64,000 nucleotides of DNA from Octopus bimaculoides (taxonomy: Eukaryota), in NCBI RefSeq assembly GCF_001194135.2, contig NC_068989.1, forward strand, positions 70,370,780-70,434,779, written 5' to 3'. Every line of letters begins with the position of its first letter. The stretch's first letter is position 1. The translations under genes and the position numbers were made by a program. Positions 11,650 to 23,379 of this stretch are shown here, in pieces. The notes beneath the pieces are model-generated. The model was not told where the DNA came from. It searched no databases and saw only the letters and a program-made list of their open reading frames with translations.

Positions 11650-12050
11650 AGTTGATCCCAAGAATATATTTCTACCTCTACATATCACAAACTTTTGAAG
11701 GGAATTTCAAAAGGGTGGATGTGCATATCAATGAAGTTTTAAAAGTTACTGAATTTGAACAAATCCTTAATCTATACACTGAAATTAAAAGCTTTGACAG
11801 GCTTCTCAATGTTTATGCATTAAACTTTCTGGGGAATATTGTCTGAGGCGGAGTTGAGAACCTATTAAGGCAGATTAGATGTCATTAACAACACACTTCC
11901 TACATTCTTCCCTAAATTTCTTTTGAGAAAAATTCCATCAAGCTATTCATGTAATGGAAACACAATACTAGGAATTTGGGAATGACTGTTGTTGAATGCA
12001 TCACAATCAAGTTTAGATAACAATACCAGAACTTATTCATTAACTATAGC
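11650..12050 (+). pseudogene. Possible very old non-LTR RT remnant (CR1/L2-like)
   Basis: LYTEIKSFDRL resembles the RT motif IYLDFxKAFDRV, with only weak traces of later motifs. Confidence 0.2.
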
Positions 12051-12213
12051 ACTTCACTAAAATCTCAATTTCTGTATAAACTTACTTATTCCAAAGATTT
12101 TTGCCCTTTCAGCCACAACGGAATGTTTGTTTGTGTTTAACGATCTAATATGAGGGTTGATTTGTGCCTATCAGAACATACCTACTGAAACTATATTACC
12201 ATCATTATATGTA

Positions 12214-14500
12214 ACTAGCAGAAAGACCACCCTCTGGGCAGTTTTCTGCTAGCCACTTGATATTTCCACATTTGATTCCCAATTCTAATAATTTTTATGA
12301 TATTTTATGTCGAATTATTTCTTTGTATAATAGTGCTCACTTGCTTAGTAAATATTGCTTTCATTATTTTATCAGTCATAATCTCTCTTTTTTTAAAGAG
12401 TCAATCTGTGATATATATCTATCATTAATAATTGGCAGAACTTACATAGGTGTGCATAGATAGATAGCTGGATGGAGGGATACACACACACACACAAAAG
12501 TCTGGTGCTGTGAGAACACATGGGAATGGTGTTTCCTTACTTTTTCAAATAAATCCAAATTTAAAATGATCTAATATAATATCATTCATTCGGCATGTGT
12601 TGAAATATGCCAAAACAATTGAATTCCACACAAATATATGTTACTTTACTTTAAAGTAGTATCTCCTTGTAAACACAATTGTCAGTAATCATACTGTTTC
12701 TATTTCTCTCAGCCAATGTTTTTACATTAGCCTTCTATCAAACTCTAGATAATGCAACATACAGCTGACCATGTAAGAAGAATTGTGCCGGAAGATACAT
12801 TCCAATTTGTTCAAAAGTCTGTCCCTGTGCCTTGTAGCATGTCAAGGCAAAAGCTGGCTTAACAGGAAATAGTTTGCCTGTAGATGTAAACGGAAATTCC
12901 ATTTCTTGAGATACATGTGGCACTCTTGGGATTAGCAGAGTTGATCCTGCATAAGGGCAAGAAGTAACCTCAGCCTCAATAACATGATCATGTAAACTGA
13001 TAATGATGTAGCATGTGCCATTGCAATGTCCATTAGTAGCGTCTAAATTTCTCAGAAGCATTATGCATCTTCTTTTCTTCAGTTTGAGAATAGTGTACTT
13101 ATGAACTCGATTATGTACAGAGTTTCATTATCAACTGTATCTGAGCTTCTTTATATTTTTAGCTCACCAGGGATCCTGGTCAACAGTAAATCATCCACAA
13201 ATTGTGCTGCTTCATTTGTTGGAGTAACAATGGTTCTATTTGCAAACCACACAGGGTTTGTGAAGTTATTTTTGGGGTCAGCATATACAAAATCTCACAG
13301 ATCTGACAGAGTACCACTTTCAAGTCAAAGGTCATTGGGTAGTTTGATTTTGAATTCACCTAGGCTTTGTTCAACAGAAATGTTACTATTTCCTACATCA
13401 AGAAGGTAATTAGCAAACTCTCTTTCATCAGAATGACCTTCTGTAAGAAGTCTTAGATTGGTTGTCAACTCCACTACTTCCACATGATCGCAAAGAAAAG
13501 ATCTCTTTAGTGTTGAGTCAATAATTTGTGATCTGACACCATTATTTTTAAATAGAATATTCTCCTCTTGAGACACCCTAACCAGTCAGTCACGTGTAGC
13601 GGAAACAGAATCCTGTCTACGTCTCCGTGCATATTCAGACATCAGATTCAGTCACTTTGCCCTGGTTCCATCTCATTCGGTTGCCCGTCTTTCTTTCTGC
13701 TGTTGTGCCTTTACTGCTAAATTTTTTTTTTCAGTCGCATATTATAGATAAATGAAAGCTCGTTAAAAACTCTTGTTTAGCGTGCTAAAAATAGCAGCAA
13801 TTTCATAGTTATTATTCTAAAGCTTATAGCATTCCAAGTTGCCATACCAACAAAATCACTTCTTCATTACAAAAAAATTACTGGTATATTAAAGAATTTT
13901 CATGTTATCGAAAATATTTATTTAACAAACTCTAGAAACTGATAATATTCTTGAAATTGTGCCTCGTATCAAAGTTATGCAGCTAGTTTGTGTAATAGCA
14001 TGCATTTATTCAATACAACATCACTTCAAAAATTATACCAGTATATAAAAAAATTTTCATTTTATCAAAAATATTCATTTAACAAACTCCAGAAACTGAT
14101 AATATCCTTGAAATTGTGTCTAGTATCAAAGTTATATAGCTATTAATAAATTATCATTAACGAAAATAGAGGTGAGCGAGAATAAGAGGCTGTTGCAAAC
14201 AAAAACATAATGTGTTGCCTGCAACAAATTAATATTGTTTATTATTAAACATTAAAATCTACTCCGCAGTGAATGCAATGAATATTTAAATTTGCAAGAA
14301 TTTGGAGTTTAAAAAATTCAATAAACTTCAGAAATCGAAATTACAGGAAATTTCTTAGAACATGAATTTATAAAAATATTTCCAGATGGTCAAGCTTTTA
14401 ATTTTGCTTTCTTTTAGTAATTGTTACATACCTAATTAATAAGCAGCTTTCTCCATTATACTGCATTCATTGAGTTTCAACAGTCTAAATATATATTGCA
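12214..14500 (-). mobile_element. Internally deleted, non-autonomous Helitron with PIF1-like helicase pseudogene
   Basis: ORF pieces 13576-13325 (GVRSQIIDSTLKRSF...ELTTNLR...EFANYLLDVG), 13330-13080 (NRTIVTPTNE) and 13061-12738 (MLLRNLD...GHCNGT...AFALTCYKAQGQTF...HGQLYVALSRV) are the C-terminal half of a Helitron helicase. A basic N-terminal-like stretch at 13745-13580 is joined directly, so the Rep domain is missing. Candidate 3' end is a small hairpin plus CTAG at ~12240-12214. Outer boundaries are approximate. Confidence 0.85.
13886..14141. repeat. Two ~100-bp direct repeats (13886-13985 and 14042-14141, period 156) in the Helitron 5' region
   Basis: Both copies read ...aattttcat(g/t)ttatc(g/a)aaaatatt(t/c)atttaacaaactc(t/c)agaaactgataatat(t/c)cttgaaattgtg...gtatcaaagttat. 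Confidence 0.85.
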
Positions 14501-14906
14501 CAAAATACAAGCTCACTTCTTTGCTTGTAGAGCCAACAGGATGAAAGATGCATTTGTCTTTGGATAGAACACTATTTTATTCTAAGTTTTGTACCCAGCA
14601 ACAATTCTTTGAATAATTTAAGGTTGTGAGTAAATGTATAGTTATGCCTAACAACCAGTGAGTCAAGTGGGTTGCCTTTGGTGTTTATCCAACACAAGGA
14701 CAAAAAGCCAAGTTAATTTTGGTAATAACAGGCTTTCAACAAATAAAAGTTTGACCACAGAGTTCTTCACTATCTTTGGAAATACTCAGAATTTGTAATT
14801 TGGTCATTTTATGCTTAAATGTGAAAGAACACTTGGTGGATAAAACAATTGAAATCAATACCAATGATAATGCAACATAATTTAGATGAATGAAGAATGT
14901 GGACCA

Positions 14907-15208
14907 CACATCCGAACATGGTCGATGCCAGCCCCCCCGCCCCGACAGGATCATGTGCCGGTAGCACATAAAAATCACCATCTGAACGTGGCCGATGCCA
15001 GTGCTGCCTGACTGGTTCCCGTGCCGGTGGCACGTAAAAGGCACCTACTACACTCTCAGAGTGGTTGGCGTTAGGAAGGGCATCCAGCTGCAGAAACACT
15101 GCTAGATCAGATTGGAGCCTGGTGTGGCCGCCTGGCTTTCCAGACCCCAGTTAAACCATCCAACCCATGCCAGCATGGAAAACGGATGTTAAACAATGAT
15201 GATGATGA
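14907..15208 (+). mobile_element. 5'-truncated RTE LINE 3'-end copy (family A)
   Basis: ggcacgtaaaag...ctacactctc..agtggttggcgttaggaagggcatccagctg...caacccatgc.agcatggaaa.cgga.gttaaac(gat)n, the same tail as the RTE at 19130-21975. Confidence 0.85.
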
Positions 15209-16601
15209 CACACTACTGTAGGTATGTGTTTGTGTCAAGGTTTGATTCCTTCATTTACATGGGAAAATGCACCTGTACATTCTGTGGTATTTGGTAATGA
15301 GCATCCACCATAGAAACAATGCCAAAAATGCAATGTATAAGCAAAAACAAAGTCTATAAGCCACACCAGAAGCTATCCATTAAGGAGAGCAGTAACACCA
15401 AAGAAGAATTGACAAAAAGCAGAGGGAGCTCTTTAGTGCTGGAAGCACAATAAAATGCACAGAGTACATTCAATAAAATGTTTAGTGACAGAAAGCCACC
15501 AAAACAAGGCCAAAAATTGAATGTACAAGCAATCTCTGGATGATATGACACAATAGCTCTAAATAATAATTGATGCAGATTTTGATAATCTGTTCAACAC
15601 ATGGTAGTATAGAAAAAAAAACTGATGTAAAAATTATGAGGAGTTAGATATCTAACTCATCATAATAGTAAAACAGGGTTTACAGATTGGGACTAGAACT
15701 GTAGTAAAGTAATTTAATGAAAGACAAAAACAATCTCTGAATGTGGTAGGTATTGGGGGTTTATAGAGTACCAGTAGTGTCTTATTTCTTAATGTATTTC
15801 AAGTAGCTAAAGACAGTCTACATGTTAAGTAAAACAACAGTATTTGTTGTTTTGTAATCTATTAATACATGGTAAATTAATCAGAATCTGGTAATTTTAG
15901 ATAATCATTAAAGAATCCATCATTTTGGCAATAAGCTATTAATGAAGTCAGATGAAATACCTTTCTTGACAGTTGTGAGACAGTTGTATTGTCAAATGAA
16001 TACAAGTAGATGTCCTTAAAAATGAATTCTGAGTCAAAGTTTTGAAGAAGCATGTAACTTAAGCTTGAAAAGTAAGCAGCTCTATGGAAACAATTGATTT
16101 CAGAAACAACAGAACAATTTTTTTGAGGGTGGTGATGGTTATAAACAGATGGTATTGTTGTGAATGATTTGAGTTCAATAGAATTAAAGGCAGAGTGTAA
16201 GTGGACATCAAGGTATTAGCCTTGGCAGAAAGAAATACGGCTGATGGTTGATTTTAGCTGCTGGCAAAAGACTGCAGTTTGCATTATTCGGTATCAGTTC
16301 TTGTCTTTGAAAACTCTATTTCTCGCTTTCATGTTGCTTTTTCTACAATGATACTGTATCGCTTCTAGGTAAGTCGTTCACTATGTTTAAAATCTCAATG
16401 CACAACAACCTCTTGTCCACAGATATGCTGTCTCTTCTCAAGCTATTCTATGGCTACTACTGCGACCTCTCCTCCCCAGATTAGGTTGAATGCCTTTAAG
16501 TTATCTTTACTCAAGCATCTCCAATTCACTTGTCATCCACAGCTATAATTCCCTCCCTGCAAATTTATCTTGTAACTGTATTTTGTTACCCCCAAGTTTT
16601 C

Positions 16602-16860
16602 ACGAGGTCGTTGCCAGTGCCGCTGGACTGGATTCTGTGCAGGTGGCACGTAAAATACACCATTTAGAGCGTGGCCGTTGCAAGTACCACCTGACTGGCC
16701 TTCGTGCCAGTGGCACATAAAAGCACCCACTACACTCTCGGAGTGGTTGGTGTTAGGAAGGGCATCTAGCTGCAGAAACTCTGCCAAATCAGATTGGAGC
16801 CTGGTGTAGGTCCAACCCATGCTAGCATGGAAGGTGGACATTAAACGATGAACGAACGAT
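16602..16860 (+). mobile_element. 5'-truncated RTE 3'-end copy (family A)
   Basis: Same tail sequence as above. Confidence 0.85.
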
Positions 16861-17154
16861 CATCAACTTGCAACTGTTCAGAGAGAATCATCAGCTCTGT
16901 AGATACAGTCTCTCTATAAATATATATTTAAAAAATTGCTAATTGGAAGTAAGCATTCTGTAACTCAAACAGACTGATTGTTAAAAATATTAAGTATAAT
17001 GTATATGAGCTTTACAGAACAATGGAAAAGATAGTGAACAAATTCCTTTCGTATCATTTTAAATTACTGCTTGAACATGTTTCATGTCTTTCATCTTCTA
17101 TCCTACCAAATAAGTAGTTTCGATGTAGAGTTAAATCACACATAATTATATTTA

Positions 17155-17374
17155 CCCTTTAGTGTTTAAATCAGCTATATCTGGTTCAAATATTCTACCT
17201 TTTTTATGTTCAAACTGGCCAGATCTTGCTTCTTACACCTACCATGCAATATCATTCTAAAAATAAATAATTCCACCATCGAAATCTTGAAGTTACAAGA
17301 TAATACACAATTAATTCAAAGCAATGTGAATAAATAAACATTACATTTGACTGAGTAATCTGAATGCTAAAGGG
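17155..17374. mobile_element. piggyBac-like MITE (~220 bp)
   Basis: Termini ccctttag(t/c)... and ...aatgctaaaggg, flanked by TTTA on both sides (TTAA in other copies). CCCT ends plus TTAA target are piggyBac hallmarks. Confidence 0.75.
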
Positions 17375-18005
17375 TTTATGGCATTGAAATCAAAAAGAAA
17401 CTATTTGTATATTTCTTTAAATGAAGTTGAGATTTCCTTTCAGAAACTGAGAACTCAAAGTAGTGACAGAACAGGTACCTTTTATTCTCATTTTCTGAAT
17501 GCTAATGCAAGTATATGCTTGCAAATGGTATGCCATACATGCAGATGGATCTAAATTCATAAACTGCATATAATTTTTGCCATTGCAGACCACTACTGGA
17601 TTTCTCAGAATGTTTTCTTCTCTTGATTGTATACAAACACAAGAGGAAAGATGATGACACGCTTGCTGATAGTCACACTCAATAAGAATACAACCATCAA
17701 ATACCAGTGGTAGAGAATTTTAAGTTAGGTAGATCAAAGCACATAATATTAGAAACTGTGACACTCTTTTCTTCACTGATTATCAGTACAGCCCAGATCT
17801 ACAGGAAACGTTCGTGTCATTAGTGGCCCGCTTCCTTGAGAACTTTGACAGAAGCCATATTGTGGCTTGTTTCTTGTGTCTCTTATTTACTGGATTGGTA
17901 GCTTCCTGTCAGCCTGCACCATTTGCAATATGAACCAATTCCTTCTGATTCATATTCCATCGACTCTGGTCTATCTCAAGGTTCAATAATATTCTGATTT
18001 AACAA

Positions 18006-18214
18006 AGGTGGTGAGCTGGCAGAAACATTAGCACGCCGAGTTAAATGCTTAGCAGCATTTCATCTGTCTTTATGTTCTGAGTTCAAATTCAAGTCGACTT
18101 TGCCTTTCATTCTTTCAGGGTCGATAAATTAAATACCAGTTGCACACAGGGGTCGATCTAATTGACTGCCCCCAAAATTTCAGGCCTTGTGCCTAGAGTA
18201 GAAAAGAAAAGAAA
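18006..18214 (+). mobile_element. tRNA-headed SINE family C with 15-bp target-site duplication
   Basis: aggtggtgagctggcagaa...gagttcaaattc...tttgcctttcat...gagtagaaaagaa. TSD attctgatttaacaa at 17991-18005 and 18215-18229. Confidence 0.88.
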
Positions 18215-19129
18215 ATTCTGATTTAACAACCTACATTTCACTTCTGAAACCCATACCAAATCTGAGTGTGTATGTGTGTGAGAGAGAGAGACTTGGAAGG
18301 AATCCTTCAATGGAGGGCTGTAATAACTTTTGTCTCTTTTAACAGAACAAAGACTATGAAAGTCTAGTGTAATCATAATACACAACTAAGACCCTCAATC
18401 TTTCAAGCTATCAATCCCTAATCCCCCACCCCACCAAATTAGCCATCTACATACCCTCTCTACTCCAGCCCGCTCATCTTCCCAGACTCAGCATGAAACA
18501 CTTTTTCCAATCCTTTCTACAGAATTTAAAACCCTCTAAACTCTTTCTTACAGATGTTGAAGCCAAATGTGTTACCACATCATTTCTGAAAGGCTGGGAG
18601 TACTGGCTCTTAGTTTTGCACTTAAATTCAAAAATAGAACAGCTTAGAGAAGAAAATGGTTAGTGTGGCTCTCCACTTTCTTAGCTAACTGTGATGTCTT
18701 TCCTATACAAAAATAAATCATTATATATTATGATCAAATATCTACATAATGATGGTGTTTCATAAAAATAAAAAAATGAATGTAAATACTTAACAGCACT
18801 AAAAATGTTAGAAGTTCTAAATCTTTGTTTTATGAAACAACTCAATTAAGAACCTTCAGAGAGATAGAGAAATTTGGTGTAAATTCACAAGGATGTCGCT
18901 AATGTAGTGTAAACAGCAGCAGTTGATGAATGTTACAATAGTTATGCAACAGTATGGAGACCATTCATATATTTAGTCAGTACATCTAGTACCAGTTGTC
19001 ACTTGGCAAATAAGAAATAATTTGGAAGCAGAACACAGATTATGTAATGAGAGACCTCTGGTTGTCTACCACATCAGTAATATTAATGGGGTTAAATGTT
19101 AAAAGTTGTTTAATGGAAGGATTCTTGAG

Positions 19130-21975
19130 TAAATTAATGCACAAAGCAACCGAGCAGGCATGTTGATGTATATTGCATCCAAGAGATAAAGTGGAGAGGA
19201 GCTTCAGCCAGGTTCCTCACAAGCAAGACACACAGGTATAAAATTTTCTGGAAAGATAACAGTGATGGAGCATGTAGTGTGGGCATACTTCTTGCAGAAA
19301 AATGGGTGGGTAAGGTCATAGAAGTAGTCAGAGTGTGCGATAAGAGTACTTCAGCTCAGGCTAGTCTTGCAGAATAGTACAGCTAGAATTATATCTGCCT
19401 ACGCCCTCACAAGTGGGCCTACCAAATGAACAAAAGGACCACTTTTATGATATTCTTCTGCAGGCTACCTCAAAGACGAGTAACAATGATCTCATCTTCC
19501 TGGCTGGGGATTTCAATGGGCATGTTGGATGGCAGCTCGGTATCTTCCATGGTGTACATGGGGGCCATGGAATTGGTTCCCAAAACGAAGAGGGAACAAG
19601 GCTACTGGAGTTCTGTGAAGAAGCAGACCAATCTGGAAAAGGATTTGGAAACTTAAGGACCCTTCATATGGTCAGAGATTTAGGGACATCCTAATTGAGA
19701 AATTTGATAAGAGGAGGAGCTACAAACTTGTGACATAGAGGACAACTGGAAATTCCTGTGAGATAACTTGCTGAGTACCACAGATCAAATATGTGGCAGG
19801 TGCAAAGTCTCTTCCAGACCTAGGGTGATGTGGTGGCGGAATAATACTGTAGACTGGGCCATTAGAGTAAAGAAACAGGCCTGGAAGAGTGAGGGGAGAA
19901 GGGAACAGTATCAGATAGCCAGAAGGGAAGCTAGGAGACAGGCACATCTAGCCAAGGGAGAAGCAGGAAAAAAATTTGCCTTTGTTCAGTGTTATGAGGA
20001 CTAAAGAACTGAAGTATTTTGGATTGCAAGACAGTCTGTGAGAGAAAATTGTGACGTCATAGGAGAGAAATGTGTCTGCAAAGAAAGAGGCTTGGAAATG
20101 CTGAATGCGGAGAATGAATGGCATGAGGAAAGTCTGCCAAATGCTGCCCCAATTGAGGGACCAGCTACCCAAATTGACAGTACCTTGGTAGATAAAGCAA
20201 TTAAAGATATGAAGACAGGGAAAGCCCCCCGGCCTATCAGGACTCATTGCTGAGATGCTTGAAATATCTGGTAGTGTGGGATATGGTCTAGTCATCCATA
20301 TTGTAAATCAGGTGACTGGTGTGGCAGTACCATAGTCAACTACTACAAAGGTATCAAATTGTTGGATAAGGTAATGAAAGTTATGGAGAGAATCAGTCTA
20401 GATGAGATGCAGTTTGGTTTTGTGCCAGAGAGAAGCACCACAGATGCTATATTTCAGGTAAGGTAACTGCAGGAGAAATACCTAGCCAAAGATAAACCTC
20501 TGTACTTTGCTTTTGTTGACTCAGTGAAAGCTTTTGACAGAGTCCCCCAATCCCTTATCTGGTGGTCAACATGGAAACTAGGGATAGATGAGTGGTTGGT
20601 GAGAGCTGTACAAGCCATGTGCAGGAACACTACCAGGAAGGTGAGGTGGACAACAAGTACAGCAAATAATTCAAGGTACAAGTAGAGGTTCACCATGGAT
20701 TGGTGCTCAGCCTCTGCTTGTTTGTTCATCATAGTCCTTCAGGCAATAACAGAGGAATTCGAGATAGGCTGCTCCTCTATGCTGATGACCTTGCTCTTAT
20801 AGCTGAATTGCTATCTGAACTAGAGAAAAAGTTTCAGGTATGAAAACAAGGTCTAGAATCAAAGGGCCTTAGAGTTAACCTAGAATAGGTGTAGTAGAAA
20901 CTCCATAAGGTGCACCCAATGTAAGCTTTGGACACATAAGTGCAGCAAGATCAGAAGAAGGTGCACAGGTACAATAAACACTGAAAATGTGCAGAACATA
21001 GACTCCATCAACTACCAGGGGAACAAGCTAGAGGTAATAGATAGCTTCCATTATCTAGGTGATCAAGTTAGTAGTGGAGATGGATGCTCTGAGAGTGTAG
21101 CTGTGAGAATAAGATTAGGCTGGGCAAAGTTCAGAGAGCTCCTACCCCTGCTGGCAATAATGGGCCTCTCTCTCAGAGTAAAAGATAGATTGTTTGATGC
21201 CTGTGTGTGAACAACCATGCTGTATGGCAGTGAAACATGGGCTATGACAGCTGAGGACATGTGTAGGCTTGAAATCAGATATCGTGTGCAAGAGAGACGA
21301 CTGCACTGGTATGGTTATATGATGCATATGTAAAGAAGTGCCAATCTCTGACTGTGGAGGGAACATGTGGTAGAGGTAGATCCAGGGAGATATGGGACGT
21401 GGTGGTGAAGCATGATCTTCAAACTTTGAGCCTCACAGAGGCAATGACTGGTGACCAAGACTTTTGGCGATGTGTTGTGCTTGAGAGGACCCATCAAGCT
21501 AAGTGCACTCGTGCTGGTGGTATGTAAAGAACATCTTTTGAATGTTGGGCCTGACGGAGGCCAGGTAGCTGAGTTCCTTTCGAGTGTTGGGCCTGACAGA
21601 AACAAGGTGGCTGAGTTCCTTTCGAGCATCGGGCCTGACGGAGGCAAAATGGCAAAGTTCCTATTAAGCATTGGGCCTGACAGAGGCAATAATCAAGACC
21701 CTTGGCATTATGTCATGCTTGAGAAGAAGAACCATCAAGCTGAGAAAAATCACAGTCATGGCAGATACCGGTGTCACGCAAATGGCACTCGTGCCAGTGG
21801 TACGTAATAGCACCCATTACACTCTCGGAGTTGTTGGTGTTAGCATGGGAATCCAGCTGTAAAAAAGTATGCCAAATCAGACTGGAGTCTGGTGCAACCT
21901 TCCAGCATGCCAGTCCAGTCAAACTGTCCAACCCATGCTAGCATGGACAACAGATGTTAAATGATGATGATGATT
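19130..21975 (+). mobile_element. Decayed RTE-clade LINE (APE endonuclease + RT pseudogene) with 3' tail
   Basis: APE motifs (CIQE-like, GVGILLAEKWV, LAGDFNGHVG, NEEGTRLLEFC). RT motifs (MQFGFVPERSTTDAIF, YFAFVDSVKAFDRVP, LYADDLALIAE, FHYLGD, LYGSETW, RLHWYG). Many stops and frameshifts. Ends in (GAT)n. Confidence 0.93.
21545..21692 (+). repeat. 42-bp tandem repeat, ~3.5 units, inside the RTE 3' region
   Basis: Units start at 21545, 21587, 21629 and 21671 (t(t/c)gggcctgac(g/a)ga...agttcct.t..ag). They translate as xGPDxxxxAxFLxS. Confidence 0.9.
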
Positions 21976-22170
21976 GCTAACAACATTAGAATTAAACATA
22001 AAAGACTAAAAATTTTTAATCAATTCCCAACAGAATTTTACAGTAAATTTATATTCATTAGTGTAGCAATTTGTTCTTTCTTTCATATCTACAGATCAAC
22101 TCTGATATTGTATGCCTAAATCTTAAGTGCTTAATTCAACCTCTACTTCATCATGCATCAACATAATGCA

Positions 22171-23340
22171 TAGCCATTTTGCTAACTGTACCATGATATC
22201 AAATATTTGATTTTGTTTCTAAGATTTCAGTGAAATATCATTTTATGCTGACTAATATTTTTGTCAGCATTCCATCACTGAGGATGTTTCCAACATTACT
22301 GAAACACTGGTGCCATTATACTAATTTATAATCTTTTTGTTATAAAGTAACTTTCCTTTTTGCCTGTTAGTAATAACAAAAATATTTTTAAATTACTACA
22401 ATCCCACCCCCAACAATAACACACAATCAACAACTTTATAGCTGTGAGTTAAACTACAAATAACTCATGTATGATTATGTTTGGACAATAAATTTGAGTG
22501 GAATACGCAATTTCCATTAAATCATCATCGTTTAACGTCCGCTTTCCCTGCTAGTATGGGTTGGACGATTTGACTAAGGACTGGTGAACCAGATGGCTAC
22601 ACCAGGCTCCAATCTGATTTGGCAGAGTTTCTACAGCTGGATGCCCTTCCTAACGCCAACCACTCAGAGAGTGTAGTGGGTGCTTTTATGTGCCACCGGC
22701 ACGAAGGCCAATGTAGCAATGTAGAAATGACTTCCTCCTCCCACATCATGCTCTCATTTACACAATACTGTTCAGATCAAAGCTGAAGTTCCTTAGAATC
22801 CTTGGAGTATTAAGAATCGATTTCCTCTTACACATATGCTCACAAATTAGCTCCAAAAGGTCAAATAAGAGCACTTGAACTATAATCATATATGTTGGTC
22901 TAATTCTGAATGCAATATAGGCTGGATATTCAAATTTAGGAGTATCAGCTTGCATTTCTTATGGTATTTGCCTCTACTCACTATATTCTGCTGGGGTCAA
23001 GTTTCCATGTTGACAAATTAAGTACCAATTCAAGGTTGGCAGTATGTTTCAGCTCTTTTGTGTTTTGAGTTCAAATCCCACTTATGGTCATGTCATTGAT
23101 TTTCATGCACTGAGGGGTCAGTCAACTACTACAGACTGTGGCATAGACACAGAGCCTTTGAATATCAAGCACCATAGGGATTGAATGCATTACCAAATGG
23201 CACCAGTGTTTCAGTGATGTTGGAAACATCCTCAATGAGGAAACGCTGACAAAAATAGCATTAGCATAAAATTATATTTCACTGAAATCTTAGAAACAAG
23301 AAGAAATATTGATATCATGGTACAGTTAGCAAAATGGCTA
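22171..23340. repeat. Long inverted repeat, arms 22171-22317 and 23196-23340, ~880-bp spacer; possible foldback/MITE
   Basis: The arms align by eye at about 90% identity. The first 31 nt are perfect (tagccattttgctaactgtaccatgatatca). Outer ends read TA...TA. Confidence 0.9.
22522..22710 (-). mobile_element. RTE 3'-end copy (family A), young, inside the inverted repeat
   Basis: catcatcgtttaacgtccgctttcc...ggatgcccttcctaacgccaaccactc. Confidence 0.88.
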
Positions 23341-23379
23341 CACAATGTTTTGCAATAGGAAAGTTATATCTATCAGAGA

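Noticed and set aside
21545-21692. CRISPR-like periodicity
   Set aside because: Whole 42-bp units are repeated with no unique spacers; eukaryotic context and no cas genes.
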